64,000 nucleotides of DNA. Source: Polyangiaceae bacterium. Lineage in GTDB: Bacteria; Myxococcota_A; Polyangia; Polyangiales; Polyangiaceae. Below are positions 43,755 through 53,700 of the stretch, piece by piece. The stretch lies in the NCBI GenBank assembly GCA_035063585.1, contig JAPSGB010000006.1, forward strand, positions 78,388-142,387, written 5' to 3'. Positions within the stretch are counted from its first letter, which is position 1, and every line of letters begins with the position of its first letter. The notes beneath the pieces were generated by a model, which was given only the letters and a program-made list of their open reading frames with translations, did not search any database and had not been told where the DNA came from. The translations under genes and the position numbers were made by a program.

Positions 43755-46162
43755 CGGAGGCCGAGCCACGCGAGCGTGGCGGCCACGGCGCCGGTCAGCC
43801 CGAAGGGGAGATCCGAGAGCACGCGGAGCGCCGTCCAGAAGCTGGCGCCGCAGAACATCAGCATGAGCAGCAGCATCACGCTCCGCGCCGCGTACATGAC
43901 GACCAGCGCGGGCGCGAGCCGCGAGGCCTGGTCGCGGTCGAGCCGCGTCGCGAGCGCGCCGATCGCGACCAGCTCGGCGAGCACGTACTTGTAGCCGAGC
44001 GCCGCGCCCACCAGCCACTCCGGGACGTGCGGATCACCGAAGCCGGCGACGCCCCAGTCCATCGCGCCGAAGTCGAGCGCGCCCTGGATGCCCATGCGCT
44101 GGACGAACAGGAGCCCGAACACGAAGCTCGCGAGCAGGAGCAGGTTGGGCACGCTGTCGGGAGGGGTCGGTTCGGCGCGGGAGAGCGCGACTCCGACGCT
44201 CTCGGCGATGGCTACCGTGCAGAGGAACGGTACGATCTCGAAGTCGCGCGAGACCCAGGTGTAAGCGATGACGCCCGCGGAGACCGCGAGGTGGGAGCGA
44301 CCCGAGAGCGCCGCCACGGCCGCGCCGACCGCGGTGAGGAGTAGGAGCGCGCGCCCGACCATCGGCGGGGCGACGCGGCGCGCGAGGAGCGAGCCCACGG
44401 CCACCAAGACGAGCAGGCCGAGCAGACGTCGTGAGCGGCGGTCGCCTCGCGCGACGAGGAACGCGGTGAGCGCGACGCACGCGACCGCGAGGAGGAGCCC
44501 CGGATGCTCGTAGACGAACCGCGGGAACGGCCGCTCCGAGCGCGTGCCCACCGGAAAGAGGACCGCCAGCATGGCCAGGAGCGCGGCGAAGTGCACGCGC
44601 GAGAGCCCGAGCCGCCCGCCGCGAAGCAGGGACGGCGCGGCCGCGCGGAGCCCTCCCGCGAGCGCGACGATCAGCGCGCCCACCGCGACCGCGACGTACG
44701 ACTCGGGCTGCGTGTTCGTCGGGTAGCTCGCCACCAAGAGGCCCGGGAGCAGCGCGGGCGCGAGCGCGGCGTGTCGCTCGAGCCACGCCGCCGCGCGCCC
44801 CGGCCAGAGCAGGGTGAGGAGCACCCCGAGGTTCACCGCGCCGAAGAGCACACCGCGCGTCACGTTGGGCCACGCGCCAGGCAGCCGCTCGACGAAGTAG
44901 AGGAGCAGGAGCCCGAGCGCGCCGACCAGGAAGCTCGCCGGCAGGTAGCGCGCGATGCTCGCCCCGAATACCGTGAAGGCGATGGCGAGCGCACCGAGCA
45001 CGATGACGCTCGCGGCGAGCCAAGCGGCGCGCGAGCCGAGCCCGGTCGCGTCGGTGACGACCGCGGAGACCTCGCCGGCCACTCGACGCGCCGCGCCGAG
45101 CGCGACCTCCGGTTCCGCGCCGGACCGACAAACCTCGAGTGACGAGCGAGCGGCCTCGAGGGGCGCCGCGCCGACGGCTACCTCGCCGTAGCCGTACGCG
45201 CGCTCCGCGTCGTTGCACGCGACCCGCGCGCGCTCAGCGGGCGAGAGGTCGAGCCAGTCGACCAGGAGGTGACCTTGGCCGTGGGCGGGGGCGGCCACCC
45301 CGAGCAGGGTGGCGAGGGTGCCTGCCACGTCGGACTGCGACAGTGGGCGCTCGGGGTGGACTCCGCGCGCGATACCCGGTCCGTACGCGTAGAAGGGGAC
45401 TCGGCGCTGCACGGGCACGTCCGCGCCGTGCGTGCCGCTGTCCGCGGCGCCGTGATCGCTGGTGACCACGACGGTGGTGTCGGCCGGGACCTCCGCGAGG
45501 AGCGCGCTCAAATCGCGATCGAAGGCGTGGATGCTCTTCGCGTAGCGCGCCGACGAGATGCCGTAGGCGTGCCCCTGGTGATCCGGCGTGACGAAATGCG
45601 CGATGAGGACGTTCGGCTTCCGGGCGAGGAGCCTTCGCACGCCAGCGAAGGCCTGCGGGTTGAAATCGACGTCGATGGCAGCGCCGGGCGGGTCGAGCGC
45701 GTGCGCGCGGAGCCACGGCCCGTACATCTCGACCCAGGCCGGGTCACCGACGATGTCGACGTCGAGACCCGCCCGCGCGGCGTTCTCGAGCCAGGAGTCG
45801 TAGGCGACCAGGCGGGGGTTCAGGTTCATCACGATCTGCTCGAGTCGCCCGGGCTGCCCGGTACCGAATTCGAGGACCGCGCTGGTCGTCATCGAGACGC
45901 GGCCTGCCCACATCTCGGCGCTCGAGTGCTCGCGCATCGCACGGGCGAAATGGGGCATGCGCGCGGGATCGGTGGCGACGTCGTAGCGAAGTCCGTCGAC
46001 GACCACGAAGAGCAGGTGCCGAGCGAGCGGGCGAGTCACCGGCGGGCGGAGCGGTGTGTCGGGCGGCGCGGGCGCGGGCAAGACCACGCGGAGCACCGCG
46101 AGCACGATGCCGACCGCGAGGGCGGCGACCATCGCGAGGACGAGGAGCGGGCGACGCGTCAC
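43706..46162 (-). CDS. Alkaline-phosphatase-superfamily membrane protein, PIG-G/PIG-O-like phosphoethanolamine transferase
   Basis: N-terminal anchor, VVDGLRYD, SMTT, HFVTPDHQGH, TSDHG..GTHG, then many C-terminal TM helices. Confidence 0.75.
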   Translation of the reverse strand: MTRRPLLVLAMVAALAVGIVLAVLRVVLPAPAPPDTPLRPPVTRPLARHLLFVVVDGLRYDVATDPARMPHFARAMREHSSAEMWAGRVSMTTSAVLEFGTGQPGRLEQIVMNLNPRLVAYDSWLENAARAGLDVDIVGDPAWVEMYGPWLRAHALDPPGAAIDVDFNPQAFAGVRRLLARKPNVLIAHFVTPDHQGHAYGISSARYAKSIHAFDRDLSALLAEVPADTTVVVTSDHGAADSGTHGADVPVQRRVPFYAYGPGIARGVHPERPLSQSDVAGTLATLLGVAAPAHGQGHLLVDWLDLSPAERARVACNDAERAYGYGEVAVGAAPLEAARSSLEVCRSGAEPEVALGAARRVAGEVSAVVTDATGLGSRAAWLAASVIVLGALAIAFTVFGASIARYLPASFLVGALGLLLLYFVERLPGAWPNVTRGVLFGAVNLGVLLTLLWPGRAAAWLERHAALAPALLPGLLVASYPTNTQPESYVAVAVGALIVALAGGLRAAAPSLLRGGRLGLSRVHFAALLAMLAVLFPVGTRSERPFPRFVYEHPGLLLAVACVALTAFLVARGDRRSRRLLGLLVLVAVGSLLARRVAPPMVGRALLLLTAVGAAVAALSGRSHLAVSAGVIAYTWVSRDFEIVPFLCTVAIAESVGVALSRAEPTPPDSVPNLLLLASFVFGLLFVQRMGIQGALDFGAMDWGVAGFGDPHVPEWLVGAALGYKYVLAELVAIGALATRLDRDQASRLAPALVVMYAARSVMLLLMLMFCGASFWTALRVLSDLPFGLTGAVAATLAWLGLRYSSSRPSSSSPSSSS

Positions 46163-46171
46163 GCTCGTCCC

Positions 46172-47164
46172 TCAGCGAGCGCCGGTCACGCAGCGAAACC
46201 CCAAGGCGCCGACTCGATACGTCCACTTCGAGCCCGCGCGGAAATACGGGTGGAGCGAGGCCGTGCTCCGGTTCCAGCCGCCGCCGCGGAGCGAGTGAAC
46301 GTAGCAGTCGCCGCCGAGCCGCGGATCGCCGGCGGGCGCCGGATCGACGAGCTCACCGGCCGGGTAGGGCAAGTAGCAGTCCTCGACCCACTCCCACACG
46401 TTGCCGCCGAGCTCGTAGAGGTCCCCCGCTGGCCACTTGGATGCGCCGAGCGGAAATGACCGCACCGCGCTGGTGCCGCCGCCGTAGCAGCCGACGTCGC
46501 CCGCTGGATCGCGCTTCGGCGCGCCGCCCGGCGTGAAATCCGCGGTGTGATTCTCGCAGGTCGGGTTGGGCGAGTCGCCCCACGGCCAAGCGCGGCCGTC
46601 GCCGTGCCCGGCCGCCCACTCGAACTCGGCCTCGGTGGGCAGGCGGCGGCCGAGGCTCTCGCAATAGGCCTTCGCCTGCTTGTAGTTCACCATGTTGAGC
46701 GGGTGATCCTCGCGGTGATAAATCGAGCGATAGTTGGAGTTGATGTCGTTCAGCTGCGGGAGGGTGCAGGTGCCGGCCTCGACGCACCTCCGGTACGCGG
46801 CGACCGTCACCTCGGTCGCGTCCATGCAGAACGGGCGGGTCAGGATCACACGGTGCTTCTGGTCGAAGGAGCCCGGCGGGCCGTGCCCCATCAGGAATCC
46901 CTCGGGCCCGGTCGAGGGAACGTAGACCTGATCATCGGGGCAGGCGGGCACGCAGCGACCAGCCTCGCAGCGCTCGACCGACGCGCAGGACGGTGAGCAG
47001 GTCGACGCCGCGGGCGCGCTCGCGGCGCTCGCGGCGCTCGCGGCGCTCGGCGCGCTCGCCGCGGCGCGCGCGGAAGCGCGCGGCTGCGCGCCGGCCCCGT
47101 CATCCCGAGACCCGCGGCAGCCCGCGAGCGCCAGGCCAACGGCCAAGAGCCAGCGTGTCCTCAT
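46172..47164 (-). CDS. Formylglycine-generating-enzyme (SUMF1) domain lipoprotein
   Basis: Lipobox LAGC, TEVT, RLPTEAEFE, GNVWEW, RGGGW, GFRC. Confidence 0.9.
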   Translation of the reverse strand: MRTRWLLAVGLALAGCRGSRDDGAGAQPRASARAAASAPSAASAASAASAPAASTCSPSCASVERCEAGRCVPACPDDQVYVPSTGPEGFLMGHGPPGSFDQKHRVILTRPFCMDATEVTVAAYRRCVEAGTCTLPQLNDINSNYRSIYHREDHPLNMVNYKQAKAYCESLGRRLPTEAEFEWAAGHGDGRAWPWGDSPNPTCENHTADFTPGGAPKRDPAGDVGCYGGGTSAVRSFPLGASKWPAGDLYELGGNVWEWVEDCYLPYPAGELVDPAPAGDPRLGGDCYVHSLRGGGWNRSTASLHPYFRAGSKWTYRVGALGFRCVTGAR

Positions 47165-48396
47165 CGTGAACCCTTGGATTTTCCGCGGGCAGGCGGCGTG
47201 AGCGGGACGCAGCTGAAGCGACCACGTGCTCCGAGCGAGGTGCCTCCGACCGTGAGCGAGAGCCGCGCGAGGCGCGACTCGAAGAGGCGCTCGCGCGCCG
47301 CCTGCTCGGGCCCCGCGAAGAGGACGGGCTCGCTCGCGAGGATGTGATACGGGCACGCCTCGACCTCGCGCCGGCCGTCTCGGTGGAAGGTCAAGCGCGC
47401 GAAGAAGCCCATACCCGTGGACTCGTAGTCTCGGTGCATGCCAAATACCAGGTTGCCGAGACTGTAGAACACCGGCCGCTCACCGAACCACCCCACTCCG
47501 TGCGGCACGTGCGGGTGGTGACCGATGATCGCGTCGACGCGCGCTCGCATCACCGCGCGGACGAAGTCTCGAGTCCACTGCATCGGCAGATCCACGTACT
47601 CGGCGCCTCCGTGGTACGCGACGAGGACGAGGTCGTTCTCCTCTCGCGCCCTCGCGAGCGCACGCTCGAGCGCGTAGAACGCCGCCCAGGCCACATGGAA
47701 CCGCCCCTCGTGCTTCTCGATGGGGGGCTGATTCCAGATGTGCGTCACGGAGAAGAGCGCGATCTTCCAGCCCTTCACGCGCAGGATGCGTGGGTGATAC
47801 TGCTGGTTCGGCTGGCGACTCACCCCGGCGTACGCCACACCGACCCGGTCGAGGTTGTCGAGGGTCTCGAGCATGGCCTTCTTGCCGTAATCCCAGATGT
47901 GGTTGTTCGCGAGCGAGACCGCGTCGATGCCGGCGCGCGCGAGCACGTCCGCGCCGCCGGGCGGACCCGTGAACACCAAGGCCTGCCCGGGCTTCGCGGT
48001 CTCGCCGTGCTGATCGCTGAGCGGAGATTCCTGGTTTACGATGCGCAGATCCGCCGCGGCGAGCAGGGGCGCGACGCCGCGGAACGGGTCGTAGCTCGGG
48101 TCGCGGAGGATCCGCTGGCCGGTGCCGCGCCCGAGATCCACGTCGCCGCCGGCGAGGATGACGATCGACTCGGCGGGCTCCGCCTCGGGCCCCGCGGGAG
48201 CCGGCGTCGCGGGAGCGGCCTCGGGCGGCGGGCGCGCGGCGCGGGACGACGGCGCGCTCGGCGAGGCGGACGCCGCGCTGCCCGCGGCTCGAGTCGGCTC
48301 CGAGTCGTTCGACCGGCAAGACCACGCAGCCAATCCCACCACGTGCACGCACACCGCGAGCACGGCGAGAGCGGGGCGGTTCCAGGCGGCGGCCAT
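47161..48396 (-). CDS. CapA (PGA_cap) family metallophosphoesterase
   Basis: GGDV, NQESP, LANNHIWDYG, HGGAEY, GHHPHV, YSLGN. Confidence 0.9.
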   Translation of the reverse strand: MAAAWNRPALAVLAVCVHVVGLAAWSCRSNDSEPTRAAGSAASASPSAPSSRAARPPPEAAPATPAPAGPEAEPAESIVILAGGDVDLGRGTGQRILRDPSYDPFRGVAPLLAAADLRIVNQESPLSDQHGETAKPGQALVFTGPPGGADVLARAGIDAVSLANNHIWDYGKKAMLETLDNLDRVGVAYAGVSRQPNQQYHPRILRVKGWKIALFSVTHIWNQPPIEKHEGRFHVAWAAFYALERALARAREENDLVLVAYHGGAEYVDLPMQWTRDFVRAVMRARVDAIIGHHPHVPHGVGWFGERPVFYSLGNLVFGMHRDYESTGMGFFARLTFHRDGRREVEACPYHILASEPVLFAGPEQAARERLFESRLARLSLTVGGTSLGARGRFSCVPLTPPARGKSKGSR

Positions 48397-48551
48397 CCGA
48401 GCGGACGAGCAGTCTGGCAGAGAAGCGCCGTGACGGAATATTTCTCCGGGACCCGGGCGCGCGGGACGGCGCGGCGCGCGGCGCGGGTCGCCCTCGGGGG
48501 ACCGGCGTACCGGCTCGACATCACGATAATTCGCGGCTAAGCCCCCTCGTC

Positions 48552-49865
48552 GTGAAGATCGCCGTGGTTGGGACGGGATACGTCGGGCTGGTGGCCGGCG
48601 CGTGCTTCGCGGACGCCGGGACCCAGGTGATCTGCGTGGACGTCGACGAGGCGAAGCTCGATCGCCTCCGAGCCGGCGAGGTGCCGTTCTTCGAACCCTT
48701 GCTCGAGGAGCTCGTGAAGCGCAATTGGCCTCAGCGGCTCGAGTTCAGCTCGCACCTCGCCGACTCGATCCGGGGCGCCGCGGCGGTGTTCATCGCGGTC
48801 GGCACGCCGCCCAGCGAGGACGGCTCCGCAGACCTCTCGCACGTGCTCAAGGTGGCCAAGGATGTGGCCACGGCGGCCGAGCACGAGCTGTGCCTGGTGC
48901 TGAAGAGCACCGTCCCGGTCGGGACCAACCGGCGGGTGCGAGAGGTCGTGAAGGCGCACGCGAAGCACCCGATCCACGTGGTGAGCAACCCTGAGTTTCT
49001 GAAGGAGGGCGACGCGATCAACGATTTCTTGAAGCCGGATCGCGTCGTCATCGGCACCGACGACGATCGCGCCTTCGAGACGTTGTCGCGGCTCTACGCG
49101 CCGTTCATGCGCCAGCGAAACCGGATCCAGCGCATGGCGCCCGAGAGCGCCGAGATCGTGAAGTATGCCGCGAACGCTCTCCTCGCCACCAAGATCTCGT
49201 TCATGAACGAGATCGCCGGCCTCTGCGAGGTGGCGGGCGGCGACGTGGAGGACGTGCGGGTGGCGCTCGGCTCCGACGAGCGCATCGGGTTTCAGTTCCT
49301 CTACCCGGGCCTCGGCTTCGGCGGGAGCTGCTTCCCCAAGGATCTCCGGGCGCTGGTCCGCACCGGGAGCGAGCTTGGCACGCCGATGCGCATCGCGGAG
49401 GCGGCGGTCGCCGCCAACGAGATCCCGGTGCCGCGACTGGTCGGACACATGGAGCAGGACCTCGGCGGGCTCGACGGCAAGGTGATCGCGCTCTGGGGTC
49501 TCGCCTTCAAGCCGCGCACCGACGACGTCCGCGAGTCCGCTGCGATCCGGCTCGCGGCGAGCCTGGTGGAGAAGGGCGCGACCGTGCGCGCCACCGATCC
49601 GCAGGCGCTCGAGACCTCGCGTGAGAGGTTCGAGCACCTCGGCGTCCTGGATCGCGTCACGCTGGTGGCGGACGAGTATGCGGCCTGCGAGGGCGCAGAC
49701 GCCCTGGTGCTCGCCACCGAGTGGAGCGAGTTCCGCTCTCCGGCGTTCGATCGCATGAAGACGCTGATGCGCGGACGACACATCTTCGACGGCCGCAACG
49801 TGCTCTCGCCGGAGGCCGCGCTCGACGCCGGGTTCCGCTATCGCGGGATGGGTCGGCGGCGCTGA
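48552..49865 (+). CDS. ugd: UDP-glucose 6-dehydrogenase
   Basis: GTGYVG, KSTVPVGT, SNPEFLKEG, GFGGSCFPKD, GLAFKPRTDD, DGRN. Confidence 0.93.
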   Translation: MKIAVVGTGYVGLVAGACFADAGTQVICVDVDEAKLDRLRAGEVPFFEPLLEELVKRNWPQRLEFSSHLADSIRGAAAVFIAVGTPPSEDGSADLSHVLKVAKDVATAAEHELCLVLKSTVPVGTNRRVREVVKAHAKHPIHVVSNPEFLKEGDAINDFLKPDRVVIGTDDDRAFETLSRLYAPFMRQRNRIQRMAPESAEIVKYAANALLATKISFMNEIAGLCEVAGGDVEDVRVALGSDERIGFQFLYPGLGFGGSCFPKDLRALVRTGSELGTPMRIAEAAVAANEIPVPRLVGHMEQDLGGLDGKVIALWGLAFKPRTDDVRESAAIRLAASLVEKGATVRATDPQALETSRERFEHLGVLDRVTLVADEYAACEGADALVLATEWSEFRSPAFDRMKTLMRGRHIFDGRNVLSPEAALDAGFRYRGMGRRR

Positions 49866-49899
49866 GTCTCTCGGCGGCCTGGCGCAGCGGCTAGGCTCG

Positions 49900-50619
49900 T
49901 CAGGATTCGACTCGGCCGTGCGCGAGCGGCTCGGTTCGACGCACGCGGCAGAGGTAGCAGACGCGCAGCGGCAGCCACGCGAACGGCAAGGCGCGTTGTT
50001 CTTCCACGTGGAATCGTGAGCTCACCAGGCGACGAAACTCGTCGGGCGTCCATTGGTGGAGGCGCTCGCCCGCCGCGCCGAGCAGCTCGGTGTCGAAGAC
50101 CCAGCCGAGCGGCGGGCTGGTGAGGACACGCTTCACGCCGCGGGAGAGCGGAGCGTTCGCGACCGTCACGATGGCGCGCCCGCCGGGCTTGACGAGCTCG
50201 GCGATCCGTTCGAGCACGCGCTCGGGGTGCTCTAGATGCTCGAGCACCTGGGTGCAGATGACCCGGTCGAAGCTCCGCGGTGAAAATCGCAGGCTCTCGA
50301 GGTCGCCTTGCACGAGCTCGACGTCATGATCCTTGAGGTTTCGCCGCGCGAGCTCGAGGAGCTCGGGGTGCGAGTCGACCACGACGACGTGCGAGTGGCG
50401 GAACATACGCGCCACGTGACCGGCGCCGCTGCCGATCTGCAGGATGCGGTGCCCGGGATCCTCTGCGACGAGCTCACGGATCGCGCGGAGTCGCTCGCCC
50501 TCGAACCAGCGCAGAGGGAGCGACCCTTCGAAGTAGGCCAGGCGACCGGCGCGAGCGGGGGCGGTGAACGAGGGCGTGCCCGTCGAGGATGAGCGGGGGT
50601 GCGAGGACGTCGTGGGCAA
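49900..50619 (-). CDS. Class I SAM-dependent methyltransferase
   Basis: ILQIGSGAG, SFDRVICTQVLEHL, VKPGG. Start uncertain (TTG 50619 or GTG 50718). Confidence 0.8.
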   Translation of the reverse strand: MPTTSSHPRSSSTGTPSFTAPARAGRLAYFEGSLPLRWFEGERLRAIRELVAEDPGHRILQIGSGAGHVARMFRHSHVVVVDSHPELLELARRNLKDHDVELVQGDLESLRFSPRSFDRVICTQVLEHLEHPERVLERIAELVKPGGRAIVTVANAPLSRGVKRVLTSPPLGWVFDTELLGAAGERLHQWTPDEFRRLVSSRFHVEEQRALPFAWLPLRVCYLCRVRRTEPLAHGRVES

Positions 50620-50789
50620 AATTGCGGCGACGATAGCGCCGCCTCGCGCGCCTGGCGAACCGTTCGACCGCGGAGGTCGGGTCGCGCCGGATTTTTTGGC
50701 GGACTGTCCGATTCGCACCGCGCTGGATTGATGCCAGAAACTCGTGCTTTCGGTTTGCGCGGCGAGCGCGACCCTCCTATCGATAGCGG

Positions 50790-53700
50790 GTGATCCTGGA
50801 CGCTCGACGAGGGGTGCTCACGCTGGCTTGGGTCACGATCGTCGCGAGCTCCGGGTGCGCGGCGCCGGCTCCGTGCGCGGAGACGACGGAGACGCGCGCC
50901 GCGCTCGGCGCAGCCGCTCGGCCGGTCGCCTGGTACGTCACGCTCCACGGCGCGCCCGCAGCCGAGAAATACGAGCCGCGCGCGCCGTCGGCGTCGCTCG
51001 CCCGCGTACGGGCGCGGCTCGCGTCGCTCGAGGCCGAGCACGCCGCCGTCCGCGTCGAGCTCGAGGCGCTGGGCGCGCGGGTGGCGGGCGATTTCGTGCG
51101 CCTGGCGAACGTCCTCGAGGTGCTCGCTCCGCCGTCGGCGGTCCGCTCGATGCGAGCGGTGCCGGGGGTGGCGAGGGTCGAGCGGGTGCCGCTGCGCTGG
51201 CCCTCGCTCGGGCGTGCGGTGCCGACCATTCACGCGCCGGAGGTGTGGACGCGCGCGATCCCCGAGACCGGCGACGGGGTCCGCGTCGGCATCATCGACA
51301 CCGGCCTCGACTACACGCACGCAGACTTCGGCGGCCCGGGCAGCGCCGCAGCGTACTCGAACAATGACTCGGCCCGGATCGAGCCGGGCTCCTTCCCGAC
51401 CACGCGGGTCATCGGCGGGTACGATTTCGTCGGGGACGACTACGACGCGTCGAACCCGGCCACCGGCTTCCCAGAGCCGGATCCCGACCCGCTCGACTGC
51501 GCTCGCTCCTCGAACGGCCAGTCCATCGCGGGCGGTCACGGGACGCACGTGGCGGGGATCGCGGCGGGCAACGGGGTGCTCCTCGACGGCTCGGCCTTCC
51601 ACGGCCCGTACACGCAGAGCCTCGAGCCGAGCGCGTTCGCGGTGTATCCCGGCGTAGCGCCGACCGCGAAGCTCTACGCGCTCAAGATCTTCGGCTGCAC
51701 GGGCGCGACCACGGCGCTCGCCGGCGCGCTCGAGCGCGCCTCGGATCCGGATGAGGACGGGGATTTCAGCGATCGTCTCGACGTCGTCAACGCCTCGCTC
51801 GGCACCTCCTTCGCCCCGGAGACCGCGGCGGAGGCCGAGATGGTCGCCAACCTCGACCGGGTCGGGACGCTCTTCGTGGTGGCCTCGGGCAACGACGGAA
51901 ACACCTTCTATTCGACGAGCTCTCCGGGGAGCTACCCCGAGCCGCTCTCGGTCGCTGCGAGCGGGACGGGCGACTACCTCACGCTCCAGGTGGACTCACC
52001 GGCGGCGGTAGCGGGCGACGTGCCGGCGGCCGAGGCCACCTTCACGCCTCGACTCGGCTCGATCGGCACGGTCGAGGGTCGGCTCGTCATGGCCGAGCCG
52101 GCGCTCGCGTGCTCGGTCCCGACCAACGAGGCGGAGCTCTCGGGCAGGATCGCGCTCATCGACCGCGGAACCTGCACCTTCCTCAGCAAGGTCCAGAACG
52201 CCGCGAGCGCTGGCGCCATCGCCGCCGTCATCGTCGACAACCGGGACGGCGAGTCTCCGTTCACCATGGCCGACGACTCCGGGAGCGCGCCCATCCCCGC
52301 GGTGATGATCGCGAAGTCCGCGGGAGCGGCGCTGAAGGGCGCGCTCGGCGAGACGGTCACCGTGACGCTCGACGGGAGCGCACGCTACACCGGCCCGGGC
52401 AGCGAGCTCATCGCGGGGTTCAGCTCGCGGGGGCCGAGCTCGGCGACCGGCGCGCTCAAGCCCGAGCTCTCGGCGCCTGGGCTTTCCATCCTCTCGGCCG
52501 GCGTCGCCAGCGGCGGCGGCGCGGCGAACATGAGCGGCACCTCGATGGCCACGCCGGTCGTCACCGGCGCGGCCGCGCTGCTGCGCGGCGCGCGCCCGGA
52601 GCTGTCGCCCCGTGAGGCGAAGGCGCTCCTCATGAGCACCGCCGCGCCGCTGACCGACGGCGCGGGAAAGCTCTTCCCAGCGTCGCTGATGGGCGCGGGG
52701 CGAGTCGCGATCGATCACGCCGTCGAGGCTCGCGTCATCGCTCGGGCGGACGGCTCGGAGAGCTCGCCCGCGCTCTCGTTCGGAGCCATCGTCACCGACG
52801 TGCCGGTGAGCGCGACGCGGACCATCACGCTCGAGAACCACGGAGCGAGCGCGGTCACCTATCGAGCCGGTATCGTGACGGGCTATCCGCTCCCCGGAGT
52901 GGCGGTCACGGTGGCTCCGAGCGAGCTCGTGCTCCCTGCCGGCGGAGCCGCGAAGCTCTCCGTCGAGCTCGAGGTAGACCCCGCCAAGCTCGGCGCACCC
53001 GGTCCCGATCCCGCGACGCCGACCGAGGTGACGCTCGGTTACGGCGGGCAGACTCAACCCCGGCAGTTCCTCGTCGAGGCGAGCGGGGTCGTCCGCTTCG
53101 AGCCGCCCAGCGCCGGCGAGCCATCGCTCGTCGTGCCGTACAGCGCGGTGGTCCGCGCCGCGAACGATCGCAAGGCCGCCCCGCCCGAATGTGTCCCGGT
53201 AGCGGACGCGACCGACCTCACGATCCCCATCATCGGCGACGCCTTCGCTCCGAAGCCGGTGGTGTCGGCCTTCGAGCTCGGCGAGACGAGCCCGCGGCGC
53301 GACGAAATGGACAACGATCCGAGGCACCTCGTGCTCGACGTGCTGGCGGTCGGCGCCGCGAGCGACGTGGCGACCGCGAAGGATTTCGCGAGCGCGTCGG
53401 CGTACATCGGGATCGCGGTCGCGGGTGACTGGACCACTCCGGCGCGAGGACAGGTCTCGCTCGCGCGCGTGCTGCTCGACACGAACCTCGACGGCGCGGC
53501 GGACTTCGAGGTCACCGTGGAGCCGCTGACGCGGCAGGGCCCGTACGCCGACGTCCTCGCGGCGACGGCATATCACCTCGACACCGGTCAGCCGACCTCC
53601 TCGCGGCGCGTGCTGAACGGGATCACGCCGGACAAGGTCCGGACCGAGGCGTTCAACAACAGCGTGATGGTGGTCCCCTTCATCTTGTCCGCGGTGGGGC

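Noticed and set aside
47015..47060. 9-bp tandem repeat (gcgctcgcg)
   Set aside because: Encodes an in-frame Ala/Ser linker of the FGE lipoprotein; ordinary low complexity.
50722..50737. Sigma-54-like CTGGCATC-N4-CAGC on the minus strand
   Set aside because: GG-N10-GC spacing fits, but the -12 element lacks TTGC; too weak to call.
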